Assembly (NCBI GenBank): GCA_951406725.2 | Contig: OX597822.1 | Coordinates: forward strand, 11,222,001-11,286,000 | Reading direction: 5' to 3' | Source: Octopus vulgaris | Lineage: Eukaryota | Length of the DNA stretch: 64,000 nucleotides | Part shown: positions 13,380-27,641 of the stretch, piece after piece | How positions within the stretch are numbered: position 1 is the stretch's first letter | How the letters are laid out: every line of letters starts with the position of its first letter | Program-made: the position numbers and the translations under genes | Notes under the pieces: generated by a model | The model's input: only the letters and a program-made list of their open reading frames with translations | Databases searched by the model: none | Told to the model about the DNA's origin: nothing

Positions 13380-13511
13380 GAGGCACAATGGCCTAGTGGT
13401 TAGGGTAGCGGACTCGTGGTCGCAGGATCGCAGTTTCGATTCCCAGACCGGGTGTTGTGAGTGTTTCCTAAGCGAAAACACCTTAAACTCCACGAGGCTC
13501 CAGCAGGGGTG
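13379..13511 (+). mobile_element. tRNA-derived SINE head, family C
   Basis: A box TGGCCTAGTGG and B box GTTTCGATTCC, followed by a non-tRNA body. Confidence 0.7.
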
Positions 13512-14460
13512 AGAATAAATGTACGCCAGTTGTGAATGTTGGGCTTCAAGCATTTTCTCTTATGATTCATTCAAAACTTCTCGAAACCATTCAGTTTTAT
13601 TCATGCATTCCTACAAAATTCCAACACGTGGACATCTTTTACCTTTACCCTTCCTCCTCTTAAGAAATATCCATTCTAATATTCTGATATTCTCTCATTT
13701 TACCAACTATCGACTGACATATATAAGGCCTCATGCCAATCAATTTATATTCGGAATTAATTATGTACAAGCGACTCATAACAGGCGACACCCACTGCAC
13801 CGAAATTTATACACCATTAACCTAGATTTCTGAGCACTGAAATAAGTTCCACCTTTGTTGCATTCAGCTCCATAGAAATCTGAGCTTCAAAATCCGCATC
13901 ATATTGGTCCGTGTGCCATCTAGCTATTCCTAGTCCATTCCGCTTCTTTCCAAATTTCTCCGGCTTACACCAGCTTACTTCGGTTTTCTTCGGCTTATTT
14001 CGGTTTGCTCCGACTTACAACGTCGTGGTATCTTGTGTTGCTTCACATTACGTCAGCTTTCTCGTCTACAATTTCAGTACATTTAACGTGATAAATGCAT
14101 ATTTATATTTCTATATTTTCGCTCTTTTATCTGCTGCATTACACAAATTCTGTCTTCATATACGATCTTTATATACATTCATTTCAAAACAGTTTCGTTT
14201 GATGTAAATGTGATGATGGTGTGGTGTTGGTGGTGGAGGTTAGGGGAGAAAAGAAAAAAATTTCCTGGTGAAACTCTAGAGCAAGAGATGATCATTTTAT
14301 TTTCTCTCTTTTTTTAATGTTAACCATCATCAAGTTACACACGGCCTAACACATACAAGCACACACACACAGAGACACACACACACACACACAGGCACAC
14401 ATATACACAGTCATGTACACACGCACAAACATACATTCACACTTATAATCACACACACAC

Positions 14461-14505
<45 letters not shown>

Positions 14506-14513
14506 TGTATGTA

Positions 14514-14545
<32 letters not shown>

Positions 14546-14687
14546 TCTATATGTATATGGGTCAGCCACATTTAGGTGGCAAACATACTTCACGATATAT
14601 ATACATATATATACATATATGTATATATGTATATATACATATATATATGTATATATATGTATATATGTATATATACATATATATATG

Positions 14688-14758
<71 letters not shown>

Positions 14759-15152
14759 CTAGCAGTATCGCCCAGCGTTGCTCGGGTTTGTAAGGGAAAT
14801 AACTATATAAGCATTTTTAGAGTTATAGCCAAAAAATAGCAAAAAAATGCATTAAAAATGGAAAAAAAATGATGGTAATTTTATTTTTAAATCGTTGACT
14901 CATCGTAGGCATTTTTAGAGAGTTACTTCCCTTATATAATAGCGAAAAAATACATTAAAATAAAAGAATGATGGTAATTTTTTTTTTAAATCGTAGACTC
15001 ATCGTAGACGCGCGCTAATACCCAGAAAGGCTCAATATGAATCACGACTATAAGATACCCGGTTTTGGTTAAACTGCACCGCAAAATGTGGGAGTTGTTA
15101 GGAATCTAAATCGTAGGAGACAGATACACAACCTTACTTTTATACATAAAGA
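14759..15152 (-). mobile_element. Non-autonomous Helitron
   Basis: Minus strand starts TC and ends CTAG, with a subterminal hairpin (gcccagcgttgctcgggt); inserted between A and T; second copy at 25906-26299. Confidence 0.8.
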
Positions 15153-15188
15153 TATATGCATCTATCTATCTGCCTCTCTATCTATCTG

Positions 15189-15277
<89 letters not shown>

Positions 15278-15278
15278 A

Positions 15279-15317
<39 letters not shown>

Positions 15318-15430
15318 ATATCTGTCCATTTACCTATATACATATGTATGTATGTATTGGTAGACACACGCATGCATTCATAAACAGACATATGTATGTA
15401 CATATATATATATATGTATGTACATATATA

Positions 15431-15466
<36 letters not shown>

Positions 15467-15619
15467 TATATATATGTGTACTCATATATGTAAGTATATA
15501 TATGTATATAAATATATGTATACATACAAATGTACCTTTACACCTATACATATATATATATATATATCCATACATATATGCTTATGAGTGTGAGAGTGAG
15601 TGTGTGTGTGTGTATGTAT

Positions 15620-16908
15620 AAATTAGATTGAAATATGGACGTTTATTCTCAAGATCAAAAATTAAAATACATTGCAATGCAAAAGGAAAAATTGCATAAC
15701 ATTAGAAATATATGTATAAAGTTCGAAAGAACAAGCAATACACCGACACACAATGAATTAGATTCGGACGCGAATATTGAAGATGTGTTTCATTATTTCA
15801 CATCCAGCACTCAATGCATAAGTTTCTAGTCCACGAGTTAAAATCACGAGTATACGTGGGACACACAGCATATTACGCGTACTTTTAAGAATGAGAAACA
15901 GAAACAAGCCTGCGATCATATATTGCGAAACGAAATGCAACCATTTCTGAAAAGAGTAATCTTCTATGACGGAAAAAATGGGTCCTTTGTGACAACATCG
16001 AAAGAACTTTGTTAAAGCTAGACGCTGAAGAGTCAGCAAAATTTGTTTGGAAATCTCCTTTACATGCTCAAAAGATTTCGGTTATCGTTTGTTGGTAGTG
16101 TCAAGGAATCATCCATGATTTGTTCCTGTTGCCAGGAGAACAATAACATCCTAATTCTGGTGCCTGCAAGTTGTCCAGAAGGCGTCCAGCATTGAAAATC
16201 AGACAAGGGCCTATATTCTGACATGACAAATTCAGACACTTTTAAGTTAACTCTACAAATATTCGACTGAATTTGCAGCTAGCACCGAAAGTTGCGACGT
16301 TTAGTATACGAATGTCACCGGTTATTGTTATACGAATGTTAGCGGCTTCGATGGCATTGTTTACGCAAATGTATTCGTAACTTTTAGTGTTGGCTCTAAA
16401 TTTTAGAGAATATCTGCGAAAATAACTTACAAGTAATTGATTCATACAGTTACACAAACTGGTAGGATTGATTTATAGACTTTAAACTCCTTGGTAGCAT
16501 ATTATGGTTGGTCAACGAAAAATAGTGTCGTTAACAGCACTTAATAATTTCAGATATTACACCGCAAAATCACACGAGAGCAAAGTTGCAGCGGCGTAAT
16601 CGTGACATATTGAATCATCGTTCATATTCTTCAGCCTCGATGCCAACAGACTATCATTTATTTCGCCATCTTGAAGTTTTCACTCGCAACAAAATGTATG
16701 TAAAGAAAGAAGTAATGACAGTGTTTGAACAATCTTATATCTTCAAAAGACAATTTTTTTCAAAGGAGGAAAGTAGAAGTCTTCTGAGACGACGAATAAA
16801 AGTTGTTGAAGCAAATGGAGCGAATTTTGATGAATAAATAATTATTATGAGTAGTTTTCATATATTCATGTCTAAGTGGATATTATTTCATATGGGACAA
16901 CCTAATAT
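15620..16908 (+). mobile_element. Decayed mariner transposon with ~310-bp internal insertion (16245-16555)
   Basis: Relics of PFLKRV..D.KW..DN, RPAL..R.GPIF.HD, SYS..PTDYHLFRHL and KVVEANGANFDE; right TIR-like end gggacaacctaata followed by TA. Confidence 0.7.
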
Positions 16909-17067
16909 ATGCCGAATATTCTAGCACGAGCTCGGGTCACATATAAATATAAAACATTCTACCAGTGAAGCGCTGAGAATTGCTAAAGATGTATGGCACG
17001 ATGTTGGCTCATTCTACCAAATTAGATATTGATTAGAATTACGTGACGCTGTGTGTGTGTGCGTACG

Positions 17068-17149
<82 letters not shown>

Positions 17150-17224
17150 CGTGACAGAGTGACTTCAGTAGTTCTTATGTCGGTACAGCTGTTTACACTT
17201 TAGGCTTGATCACAGTTGAAGTCT

Positions 17225-17260
<36 letters not shown>

Positions 17261-17361
17261 AAGAGAGAGATGGGGAGAGAGAAAGTGAGAGAGAGATGGG
17301 GAGAGAGAAAGTGAGAGAGAGAGGGGGAGAGAGGTTGAGGGAAAGAGAGACACACAGAAAG

Positions 17362-17460
17362 TACGACCCCGAAGGAATGAATGACAAAGTTGACTTCAAC
17401 GAGATTTGAACTCCGAACGCAGATATCCGATGAGATTACTGCAGAGTAATCCATTCGATA
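17362..17460 (-). mobile_element. SINE family A fragment
   Basis: gaccccgaaggaatga..aaagttgac..gatttgaactc. Confidence 0.65.
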
Positions 17461-17484
17461 CTTTAACGAACAATTGTTTGCGAA

Positions 17485-17975
17485 CATGCGTATGATGGAA
17501 TATTCCCATCAAAACCCCTGTGAAATGTAAATATAACAGGTTAGATATTTGGGACAGAGGGGCAAAGGTTTGTACCATCATAGAGGTCAGCTGCCCTTCA
17601 AATACAAATATCTCTTTGAAGATCAAAGGAAAAGAAAGAAAAAGAGGATATCTATAGACAACTGCTTCGAAAGCTCCAGCTTCTATATCCAGACTATGAA
17701 TTCATATTCATACCAATAATAATTGGGGCACTAGGTTTTGTTAGTAAATGCTTATAGGTTATTCTAGATAAAATGTGATTTTCAGAAAGAGAAATCGACC
17801 GGTTTATTCGTACACTAAAAGTCCAATCTGTGAGTGGAACAGTAAAAATATGCAAAACTTTTCTCAAGTTCCAAATGTGAATTTGTCTGTGTTAACTACA
17901 TCCCCAAAATGGAGCCTTGTATCTTTGTTGGAAATCGGCTCTCTCCTCAGTGGAAGATTTATCATAATTGAAAAA
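17485..17975 (+). mobile_element. REL-endonuclease LINE (R4/Dong/NeSL-like) 3' fragment, distinct family
   Basis: WNIPIKTPVKCKYNRLDIWD..CTIIEVSCP..KEDIYRQLLRKLQLLYPDYEFIFIPIIIGALG..KICKTFLKFQM*; followed by (CATA)n. Confidence 0.75.
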
Positions 17976-18297
17976 TATAAGAGACATACATACATACACG
18001 CATACATACATACATACATACATACATACATACATACATACATACATACATACATACATACATACACACACACACATACATACAAACAGACATACAGACA
18101 GACAAACATGCATGCAAGTATACACGCACATACACACACATACACACACACATATTCATAAATACATGCACACACACACGCACCCACCCCCACATAAACG
18201 CATGAGAATTTTAATATTTCACTTAGTCATTGCGAGACCAATAACTCGATGTAGAACTCAATATACGTACTTTTCCGAACGAAGTATTGGCTGAATA

Positions 18298-18492
18298 TAG
18301 AGCGGTAGTAAGAAAGAGGGATAACGAAGGAATAAATGATTACCTTATGAACTGCATTAGCTGACAGCTGTTTCCGCTAAAAGGTGCCTCAAGGACACCT
18401 TATAGCTTCATCGGAGCCTCAGCTATAAGCTAATGGAAATCATGGATCAATCATTTATTCCTTTGTCATATCTATTCCTTATTACCGCTCTA
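18298..18492 (-). mobile_element. Inverted-repeat mini-element (~44-bp arms) enclosing a hammerhead-like motif (18360-18417)
   Basis: Arms 18298-18341 and 18449-18492; minus strand GCT-CCGATGA-stem II-GAAA-CAGCTG-TC-AGC. Confidence 0.7.
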
Positions 18493-18639
18493 AATGTATG
18501 AGTGTGTAGATAATGTAGATACAAAAGTATTTATTATTTTACGTTTCTGGTATCCAGCCGTGGCTACACAGCGATGCCATTTTGAACTCTGAACATGACT
18601 TGAATTTCAGCCCTTAACCAATGTTTAATAAGTGAATGT

Positions 18640-19190
18640 ATTCGATGTTGCTAGACATGTCTGTGTCTTCTGCCACTGTGTACATTCATAGGTGATTGAA
18701 ATTATAGCCGTAATTTCAAATCCTTTCTGAACGTGTTAACATCTGTTCCACAAATATCCTTTATATTTTGAGAGGGGCGGATGCAGTGACGTCCGTTTCG
18801 TCTGTTTTTGTATAAGTTGCAATGCCAAAGTTTGGTACCAGTCTTTCGAGGACTTCCTAACACTGGATGATTACATGCTGTGCCTTTCTTCTTTTAAAGG
18901 AATATGACTTCAACATTTGAAATCTCTCCCAGCGGCTCAGCTGGATCATAGAATCGATCATCTTTGAGGAGTTGGTTTTTGACTGCCTTTCAATACTGAG
19001 TTAAGACTATTAGCTGATAGGAACAAAAAAATGTCTGAAGGACTGAAAATAAATGTCTTCCAGAGAATAAGCATGACCTCTTCTGTGCTTTATCGGAATA
19101 TTCTAAGAATCCACTCTGTTATTCTCCTGAATGCTTTTGCTATTATCGTAATATGTGCATAAAATGATGCATCTTTATTCGCTACATTTT
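18640..19190 (-). mobile_element. CR1-like LINE 3' fragment (decayed)
   Basis: EWILRIFR..EVMLILWKTF..WERFQMLKSYS..LVPNFGI parallels 54780-55060. Confidence 0.65.
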
Positions 19191-20119
19191 CAACCAAAGG
19201 ATATGTGATAAACCACGTTCTTCGTTATTCCACCGTTTTTAGACTGGTTATTGATTTTGTTTTGTTGCTGCCTTTCTGAAAGTACATTGGTCCATAACAT
19301 TGTCACTAATTTAGCTGTCACTGGATTAACATAATAAAGAAGCGACATAATAAACGGGTGACATGATGACCAAGTAACACTGAAACGAATAAACAAACAC
19401 TTGAAACTAATGACAGTGAAAAAGTTACAAGACAAATCCTCTTTTAAATACATAAAAAAAAATGGGAATGGTAAAACTTTTCACTAAAAATGTTCTCAAC
19501 ATATTTGTCAAAATTTCTAACATGACAAAATGGAGTAGCGATAGTTAAAGAAATTAGCGAATTTTTAAAAATAATGAATTTTTAAAAACATTATTTTTAA
19601 AAAGGATTTTAGATTTAGTAAATTTGAAGGAAGAGTACCTGCCGTAAATAAATATAGAAAAATATCATCTGACAAACATTCCATAATGGAATTTTAGCAA
19701 TATGTGCCGAATTCTGATAGGGAATACAACTTTGTACCAGTAACGAAAGCTAAACTGGATCGAATCCAGAAAGCAGAAGAGAACTGAGAATGCAGAAGTA
19801 CTTTTACGACCAGATTATTTGGACATTAATTCAGACAAAGGCGAGTAGAGATTCAAATAAATGCTATAAGAGACATTCGATTGGAAATGCTAAAGCAAAT
19901 ATTTGGTTTTGTCTTTGTGGTGTTCGTTTGATAAACTTTTAAATGTACAACTTGCAAACAAGTTTTGACGAGTAAGTATGGAGAGAAACATCGCTGTCGT
20001 CAGAATTGATCAATTGTCGAAGCATAGAAGAGATGACTTGTTCTCTGCGTGATAACAGCTGTTTTACTAGTCAGTAATACTCAGACGTTAAATAAATGTG
20101 TGTATGTAGAATGTGCCAG

Positions 20120-20330
20120 AAGAATTTCTTCTGAAATGGAAATAGACTCTGGTAGCATTGACAGTACGGATATTTCTGGAAATTATCCAATGTCTCTGAG
20201 CTGAATGCCATTCTGTATATCAACTTCGTTTGATTTTCTTCGACGTCTAGATTCTCCCCGTAAAGGATGTCCTTCTTGTCCACCTCTAACTTGCATTACA
20301 ATGCAGGATTAGAAGTGTAACTATGTATAA
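20120..20330 (-). mobile_element. Tx1/L1-like LINE fragment
   Basis: DILYGENLDVEEN..LDNFQKYPYCQCYQSLFP matches DDDLGANMGVDEK..MDNFQRSLAWQCYREALP at 29420-29560. Confidence 0.6.
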
Positions 20331-20364
20331 CATAGATTTACTTTCAGGAGCTGTAAGGACAGTT

Positions 20365-20757
20365 TTATCGACGAGATTGACCCCAGTATATGAGTGGTAC
20401 TTTACTTTATCCGCTCCTGTAGGATAAAAAAGCAAACACTACCTGAGACTCGATTTAAAATCAGAAATTAAAGAGAGGTAAGTAAATAGTAAGTGCTCTT
20501 TGTCCGGCTCTCTTGCGAGTTTACCATCCATCACTGTACCCACTCTCCCAACGATAATGATTTCTAATTTAGGATACAAGGTCAAAGGTTTTCATGAAAG
20601 GGAGTAGCGGGGAGAGAGACTGAGGGAATGGTGTTTGTTGCGGAGGGTTTGAGGGGAGGGGGTTTGTCGATTTCTCCGACTCTAGCTCCAAACTTGTATT
20701 TTACGTTATCGAACCCTGGAAAGGTAAAGTTGACCTCAGCGAGAGTTGAACTCAGCA
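20365..20757 (-). mobile_element. Two diverged SINE family A copies
   Basis: gaccccagta..ggtact..ttat and aaggtaaagttgacctcagcgagagttgaactcag. Confidence 0.55.
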
Positions 20758-21659
20758 ATAATAATAATGATGCCTAACAAAGACATTAGACTAAATACGT
20801 TATGGAGAAGGGAAGTATAATCGAATATATCAATCTTGGAATATTACTGGTACTCAAAGGTGGCGAGCTGGCAGAATCTTTCCTGCACCGGGTAAAATCT
20901 AATCAACTTACTCCTTGCTCCGAAATTGCTGGCTTCGTTCCAGAATTTGAAACTGATATTACTGGTACTCATTCAAGAGGACCCTGGCAGAGTCTGAACA
21001 TTGATTGTTACACCAGGGCCTGAAGAAGAAGGAAGAGGAGGAGAAAAAGGGGGAGAAGAAGAAGGAGAGCAAGGAGAAGAAGGACAAGAATACTACCACC
21101 ATCATCACCATCACCATCGTAACCATCATTAAAATCCCCATAATCATCATAGCCATCATTGTTGTGATCAATAAATATTGAACGTTAGCAAATACATCAA
21201 CAACAACCACTCAGCTCACCTCTCCATCGCCGCCACCAAATTCCCAAAACATGAACAACTATGATAACAATAAGCGAAATGACTCATCCACCACCACCAC
21301 CACCACCACCACTATTAGTGCCATGACACCCTACTTCATAACTACGCACCATCAAAAACCGCCATTGCCATCATCATCATCGTCGTCATCACCATCATCA
21401 TCATCACAACCACCACCACCACCACCACCAACATCACCACCATCATCATCATCGTCGTCGTCGTCGTCGTCATCTTCATAATCATCGTTCTCAATTTTAA
21501 ACAGCTCATCCTCTCCTCAATAACAAGAAAATCTGAGAAGACGCAGCATCCAACATCCCAAAGCTCACCACCAACATTTTCCTTCCCCCTTCCTCTTCGA
21601 CATCATCACCACCACTACCACCACTAGACGATCACGATCACAATCATCATCACCACCAC

Positions 21660-21682
21660 ATGCTGCATCTTCACTATCATTG

Positions 21683-21714
<32 letters not shown>

Positions 21715-21768
21715 GTCGTCGTCGTCGTCAGTATTATAATAATAGGAATAATCCTTTCTACTATATTG

Positions 21769-21826
<58 letters not shown>

Positions 21827-21831
21827 TAACG

Positions 21832-21874
<43 letters not shown>

Positions 21875-21896
21875 TAATAATAATAATAATAATAAC

Positions 21897-21955
<59 letters not shown>

Positions 21956-21968
21956 TAATAATAATAAT
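21660..21968. repeat. (CAT)n/(AAT)n microsatellites
   Basis: Direct reading. Confidence 0.95.
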
Positions 21969-22604
21969 TTCATCAACATCATCATGAATTGTCAGGACGC
22001 CACCACCAGCATCGCCACCACCACTTCTACCACTGCCAACAGCATCACTACAACATTACCACCACCACTACGACCACCACAAACAACAACAACGGCAAAA
22101 TCGACAACATCAAAAGCAACAGCAACAAACAGCAGAGCAATATAACAAACACAAACAGTCCCCTACTCCACTCCCCCCCACCCAAAGCAGCGACGACAAC
22201 AACAATAACAACAACAACAACAACAACAGCACAAATGACATCAACAAAATGAAGAATATTACAAAGACGGAATTGAGTTTCCAGAATTAGATTCCAATAT
22301 GGCATATTAAATGTTATTTTAGTCCGGCTGATATGTACGACACAGGCCAATTTCCTCATGGAACAGCCAAAAATAACGGCATCGTTTTCCATTTACTTCA
22401 GTCAATCTCTTGAAGAAATTCCTCTGTGAATAAGTGAATATGTGATAATCATGTGTGTGTGTGTAGGAGGGAAGGATGGTGGTGGTAGTGGTGCTGTGTG
22501 TGTGTGTGTGTGTGTGTATCCGCGTATATATTGCCTATAATTGTGTATATATGTACATGTGTATACACACATATACATAAATATACGCAAATATATTTAT
22601 GTGA

Positions 22605-22650
<46 letters not shown>

Positions 22651-22730
22651 ACATCTATATATATGGGTTATATATATAGATGTATATGTATATATTAATA
22701 TGCAATATGCATATTTATAGATAACTATCT

Positions 22731-22768
<38 letters not shown>

Positions 22769-22980
22769 GCATATCTATCTATCTATCTATCTATCAATCT
22801 ATCTGCCTGCCTACCTGTCTGTCTGTCTCTGTCTTTCTCTTTCTCTTTCTTTCTTTCTTTCTTCCTTTCTCTCTCTCTCTCTATATATATATATTTATAT
22901 AGACACATACACACGCACATACACACACATATAAATGCATATAGACATGCACAAACAAATGTGAATATGTGAATATACAT

Positions 22981-23039
<59 letters not shown>

Positions 23040-23224
23040 GTATGCATAACTTTATGGAATTAAGACCTGAACCTGTATATGAACTCATTTAAATATACAT
23101 GTATATACTCACATATATATGCATGTGTGCGTGTATATGAGTATAAAACATACACATATATAGCTATGTGTGCACATTTATGAACGTATATGCATATATA
23201 CGCGTGTATGTATACATACATACG

Positions 23225-23283
<59 letters not shown>

Positions 23284-23296
23284 TGAAATAGAAAGA

Positions 23297-23348
<52 letters not shown>

Positions 23349-23668
23349 AGTATGCGGATTTATGTACGTTTGTGGGTGTAAATATGTCTATAGTATATTC
23401 ATAGGTACATTTATATATTTAGAAGTCTTTAATAATTGTATACATGTATGCTTATACATAACACACACATACACAAACATGTCTATGTTCATAATATATG
23501 TAATTAATGATATAAATCTATCTATCTATGTATCTATCTATCTGCATTGTGTGTGTGTCTGTGTTTGTGCATGCATTTCTTTCCTCATCTGTGTGTGCAT
23601 GTGTGTGCGTGTGTGTATGTGTCTGTGTATACATATTATATAAAATATTTATCTATCTATCTACCTAC

Positions 23669-23778
<110 letters not shown>

Positions 23779-23974
23779 ATATCTAACTATCTATCTATCT
23801 ATCTATCTCTCTCTCTATCTATCTATATATCTAACTATCTATCTATCTATCTTTCTCTCTCTTCTCCCTATATATATATATATCTATATATATATATATG
23901 TATTTATGTATGTATTTGTTTGTTTGTGTGTGTGGGGAGGGGTGTATGTGCCTTTGTGTGTGTATGTATGTGTG

Positions 23975-24545
23975 TGCACGAGTGTGGGAAACAGTTTCCT
24001 ACACAAGACTACCCACAAAACAACGTAGGTCTCTCTGTATACCGAGACCAAAATCGAGATGGATTACATCTGCATTAGCGGTTGATGGTGATCTTCCATG
24101 CTGTATGTTCGAAGCTGCAGAGAAGATGTTGACTCGGGTCACAATGATGCTCTCGGAAAAGATCTGGGAAAGTACAAAAGTGGCCAAGAAAAACAAACCG
24201 TTTGAGGTGGTGAAAGTTAACTTAAACCACAGCGACACAGTGAGGTCGAAGTGCGCAACAGATTTGAAGATGTGCGTCACACTGAAGATATTGAAGAGCT
24301 GTGGAAGCTGTTTCAACAGGCTTTAACAGAAAGTCCAAGTGTCACCTTAGGCAGGAGAAGGAGTTCCAATAAAGAAATGTAGATTACAGCAGAAATATGG
24401 GCTTGTATCGATGAAAGACATTAGGCCAAAGCAAAGCGTGATCAAGCAAATCTAACGGATCAGTGGAAAGTCTACGATGAAGATAATTGTAGAATTAATC
24501 TTGAAATAAAGAAAATATGCAAAAGACAGTAGCAGCAGTGGCCAG
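23975..24545 (+). mobile_element. RTE-clade LINE fragment (APE endonuclease C-terminus and linker)
   Basis: VGNSFLHKTTHKTT*VS..KIEMDYICIS..W*SSMLYVRSCREDVDSGH, then ITAEIWACIDER..AK. Confidence 0.7.
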
Positions 24546-24547
24546 AA

Positions 24548-25590
24548 AAGGCTGGAGCAATTTGAATGAGAAACGATGCTCCACCCACCATTTTCCCCGG
24601 ACATTGCCCCATCTGATTATCATTCATATGGGGATCTGACAATAAGCATAAGATAGTGTCAACAGTGGTTCTAGAAATTCCGAGCCAGAAACTACAGTCT
24701 AGAAGACGAGCCTCGTCCTGGAAGATCTGTAGAGCTCGACGAGGACGTTCTGCAAACCCTAGTGGAATAAAATCCCATTGTAACAGTTGAGGAGCTAGCA
24801 GAGAAGCTTTGATTTACTCATTCAACCATTCAACGACACGTGCGTGCCTTCGGAAAAGCCAGCAAATTGGGTTAATGGCTTCCTCAAAACTTTCCAAGTC
24901 TAATGGTGCGCAGAGAGTGAATTTGTGCTCTTCTTTGCTGTCACGTCTTACGAATGAACCTTTTTCGGACCGAATAGTGACTGGCGATGAGAAATGAAGT
25001 CTCTGTAAAAATGTCAAGCGCCGAAGACAGTAGGTAGGGAAAGGAGAAACACCAACATCCCAGGCTAAACAAGGTCTTCACCCACGTAAGGTTCTATCTG
25101 TTTGGTGGGATATGAAAAGTTTAGTCCACTTTGAACTTTTAAAACTAAACCAAACGATAACAAAGATCTACTGCGAGCAGCTTGAGCGGCTTAAGTCAGC
25201 GTGAGAAGAAAAACGGCTATCTTTAGTTTCAAAACAAAAGGTGTTCCTCCATCGGGATAATGCTCGGTTACATACAGATGACATTCCAAATGCTGGAGCA
25301 GTTTGAATGGGAAACGATTCTCCACTAACCATATTCTCCAGACATTGTCCCATCTGACGGAAAAAATATGAATTCTGTAGAGGAGGTCAGAATAGTGTTG
25401 GAGGAGAATTTTTCGTCATGGGCAAGTGAATTTTGGAAGAGAGGCCTTGCAAGGCCACCAGAAAGATGGAAGAGCATTGTAGAAAATGAAGGAGAGTATA
25501 TTTTAGATTAAAAAAAGAACTTTGTATATCTTAATTTTGAAAAATAACAGAAGTATAAAAAACCGCATTGTTTATGGGATGACCCAATAT
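24548..25590 (+). mobile_element. mariner transposon relic (DD34D type)
   Basis: LEDEPRPGR, RIVTGDEK, VWWDMK, LHRDNAR, PYSPDIVPSD and ENEGEYILD*; right TIR ttatgggatgacccaata followed by TA; multiple stops. Confidence 0.9.
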
Positions 25591-25905
25591 ATACATACAT
25601 ATTGCTTAAAGAGGATTATATAAGTTCGTGGAATAGAGATTAACAATCCAGGAAGTCCACGAGTATCTAAAGTTAAAATGAACTCCAGAGTGGTGTACAA
25701 TAACAGTAAAAGCAAACGGTTAGATTATATGATGTTCCAATCGTGTCATTTGGGGATTTTGTTGCATTTTCATACAGACGGTTATCAAGTGGGGGGGGGG
25801 GGTGAGTGGGTGGAGGCCAACAAAAAACACAGAAACAAACATGCATACACACACGCACACACACACACTTACATATACATATATATAGCAGCTTTTTATG
25901 TTAAA

Positions 25906-26299
25906 CTAGCAGTATCGCCCGGCGTTGCTCGGGTTTGTAAAGGAAATAACTATATAAGCATTTTTAGAGATGTAAAGTATAATAGCCATCTCAATATGGC
26001 TAACCACAAAGGGGGGTGTTACTGTAGCTTTTTACGTTCTGAGATTTAATAATAAATTTTTAGAGAGTTACTTCCCTTATATATGCCAAAAATGCATTAA
26101 AAATGAGAAAAATTGATGGTAAATTTTTTTAAAATCGTAGACTCATCGTAGACGCGCGCTAATACCCAGAAGGGCTCGATATGAATCACGACTATAAGAT
26201 AACCGGTTTTGGTTAAACTGTACCGCAAAATGTGGGAGTAGTTAGGAATCTAAATCGTAGGAGACAGACAGCACACAACCTCACTTTTATATATAAAGA
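25906..26299 (-). mobile_element. Non-autonomous Helitron (same family as 14759-15152)
   Basis: TC...hairpin...CTAG termini, A|T insertion site, high similarity to the first copy. Confidence 0.8.
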
Positions 26300-26301
26300 T
26301 T

Positions 26302-26968
<667 letters not shown>

Positions 26969-27032
26969 AACATAAAATCTGCTAATAGAGACAGTGAGAA
27001 GACACACACACACACACATTCATATATATATA

Positions 27033-27190
27033 TACGATGGGCTTCTTTCAGTTTTCGTCTATCAAATCCACTCACAAGGATTTAGTCAGCTTGAGGCTAT
27101 AGTACAAAACACTTGCACAAAGTGCCTGGCTGTAGGACTGAACCTGGAACCGTGTGGTTGGGAACCAAACTTCTTAACAAAGCGACGCCT
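27033..27190 (-). mobile_element. SINE family B 5' half
   Basis: Reverse complement of the 12320-12465 type. Confidence 0.75.
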
Positions 27191-27517
27191 TCTGATATTA
27201 CGTTTGTTGTTGTTGTCGTTGTTTTTGGTGTTGTTTGTACTTGTAACTGTGTATTTGTATGTGTGTATGTGTGTGTGTTTGTGTGTGTGTGTGAGTGTTT
27301 GTATGTGGGTGTGTATGTGTAAGTGTATGTGCATCATTGTTTTTCAGAGTGTGTAAACACAACAACGTTCGCGCAAATGTAAAACCAAGCATGCGCATAC
27401 GCAGACACATGAATATGATTGAGTGTGTGTGTGTGCGTGTATGTTTGTATATATATATTTGTGCACATACACACCCACACACACATATATATATATACAC
27501 ACATATATATACACATT

Positions 27518-27641
<124 letters not shown>

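Noticed and set aside
13379-13450. tRNA gene
   Set aside because: Has A/B boxes but no convincing cloverleaf and continues into a SINE body
17150-17230. Short inverted repeat with ACAGCTGT palindrome (also at ~20055)
   Set aside because: Core nucleotides missing; cannot be distinguished from chance
17655-17700. Hairpin resembling a decayed hammerhead
   Set aside because: Fully explained as coding sequence (RQLLRKLQLLYPDY) of the REL LINE
19500-20060. APE/ExoIII-like peptide relic (NGVAIV, QYVPNSD)
   Set aside because: Too fragmentary to call; at best a very old LINE endonuclease
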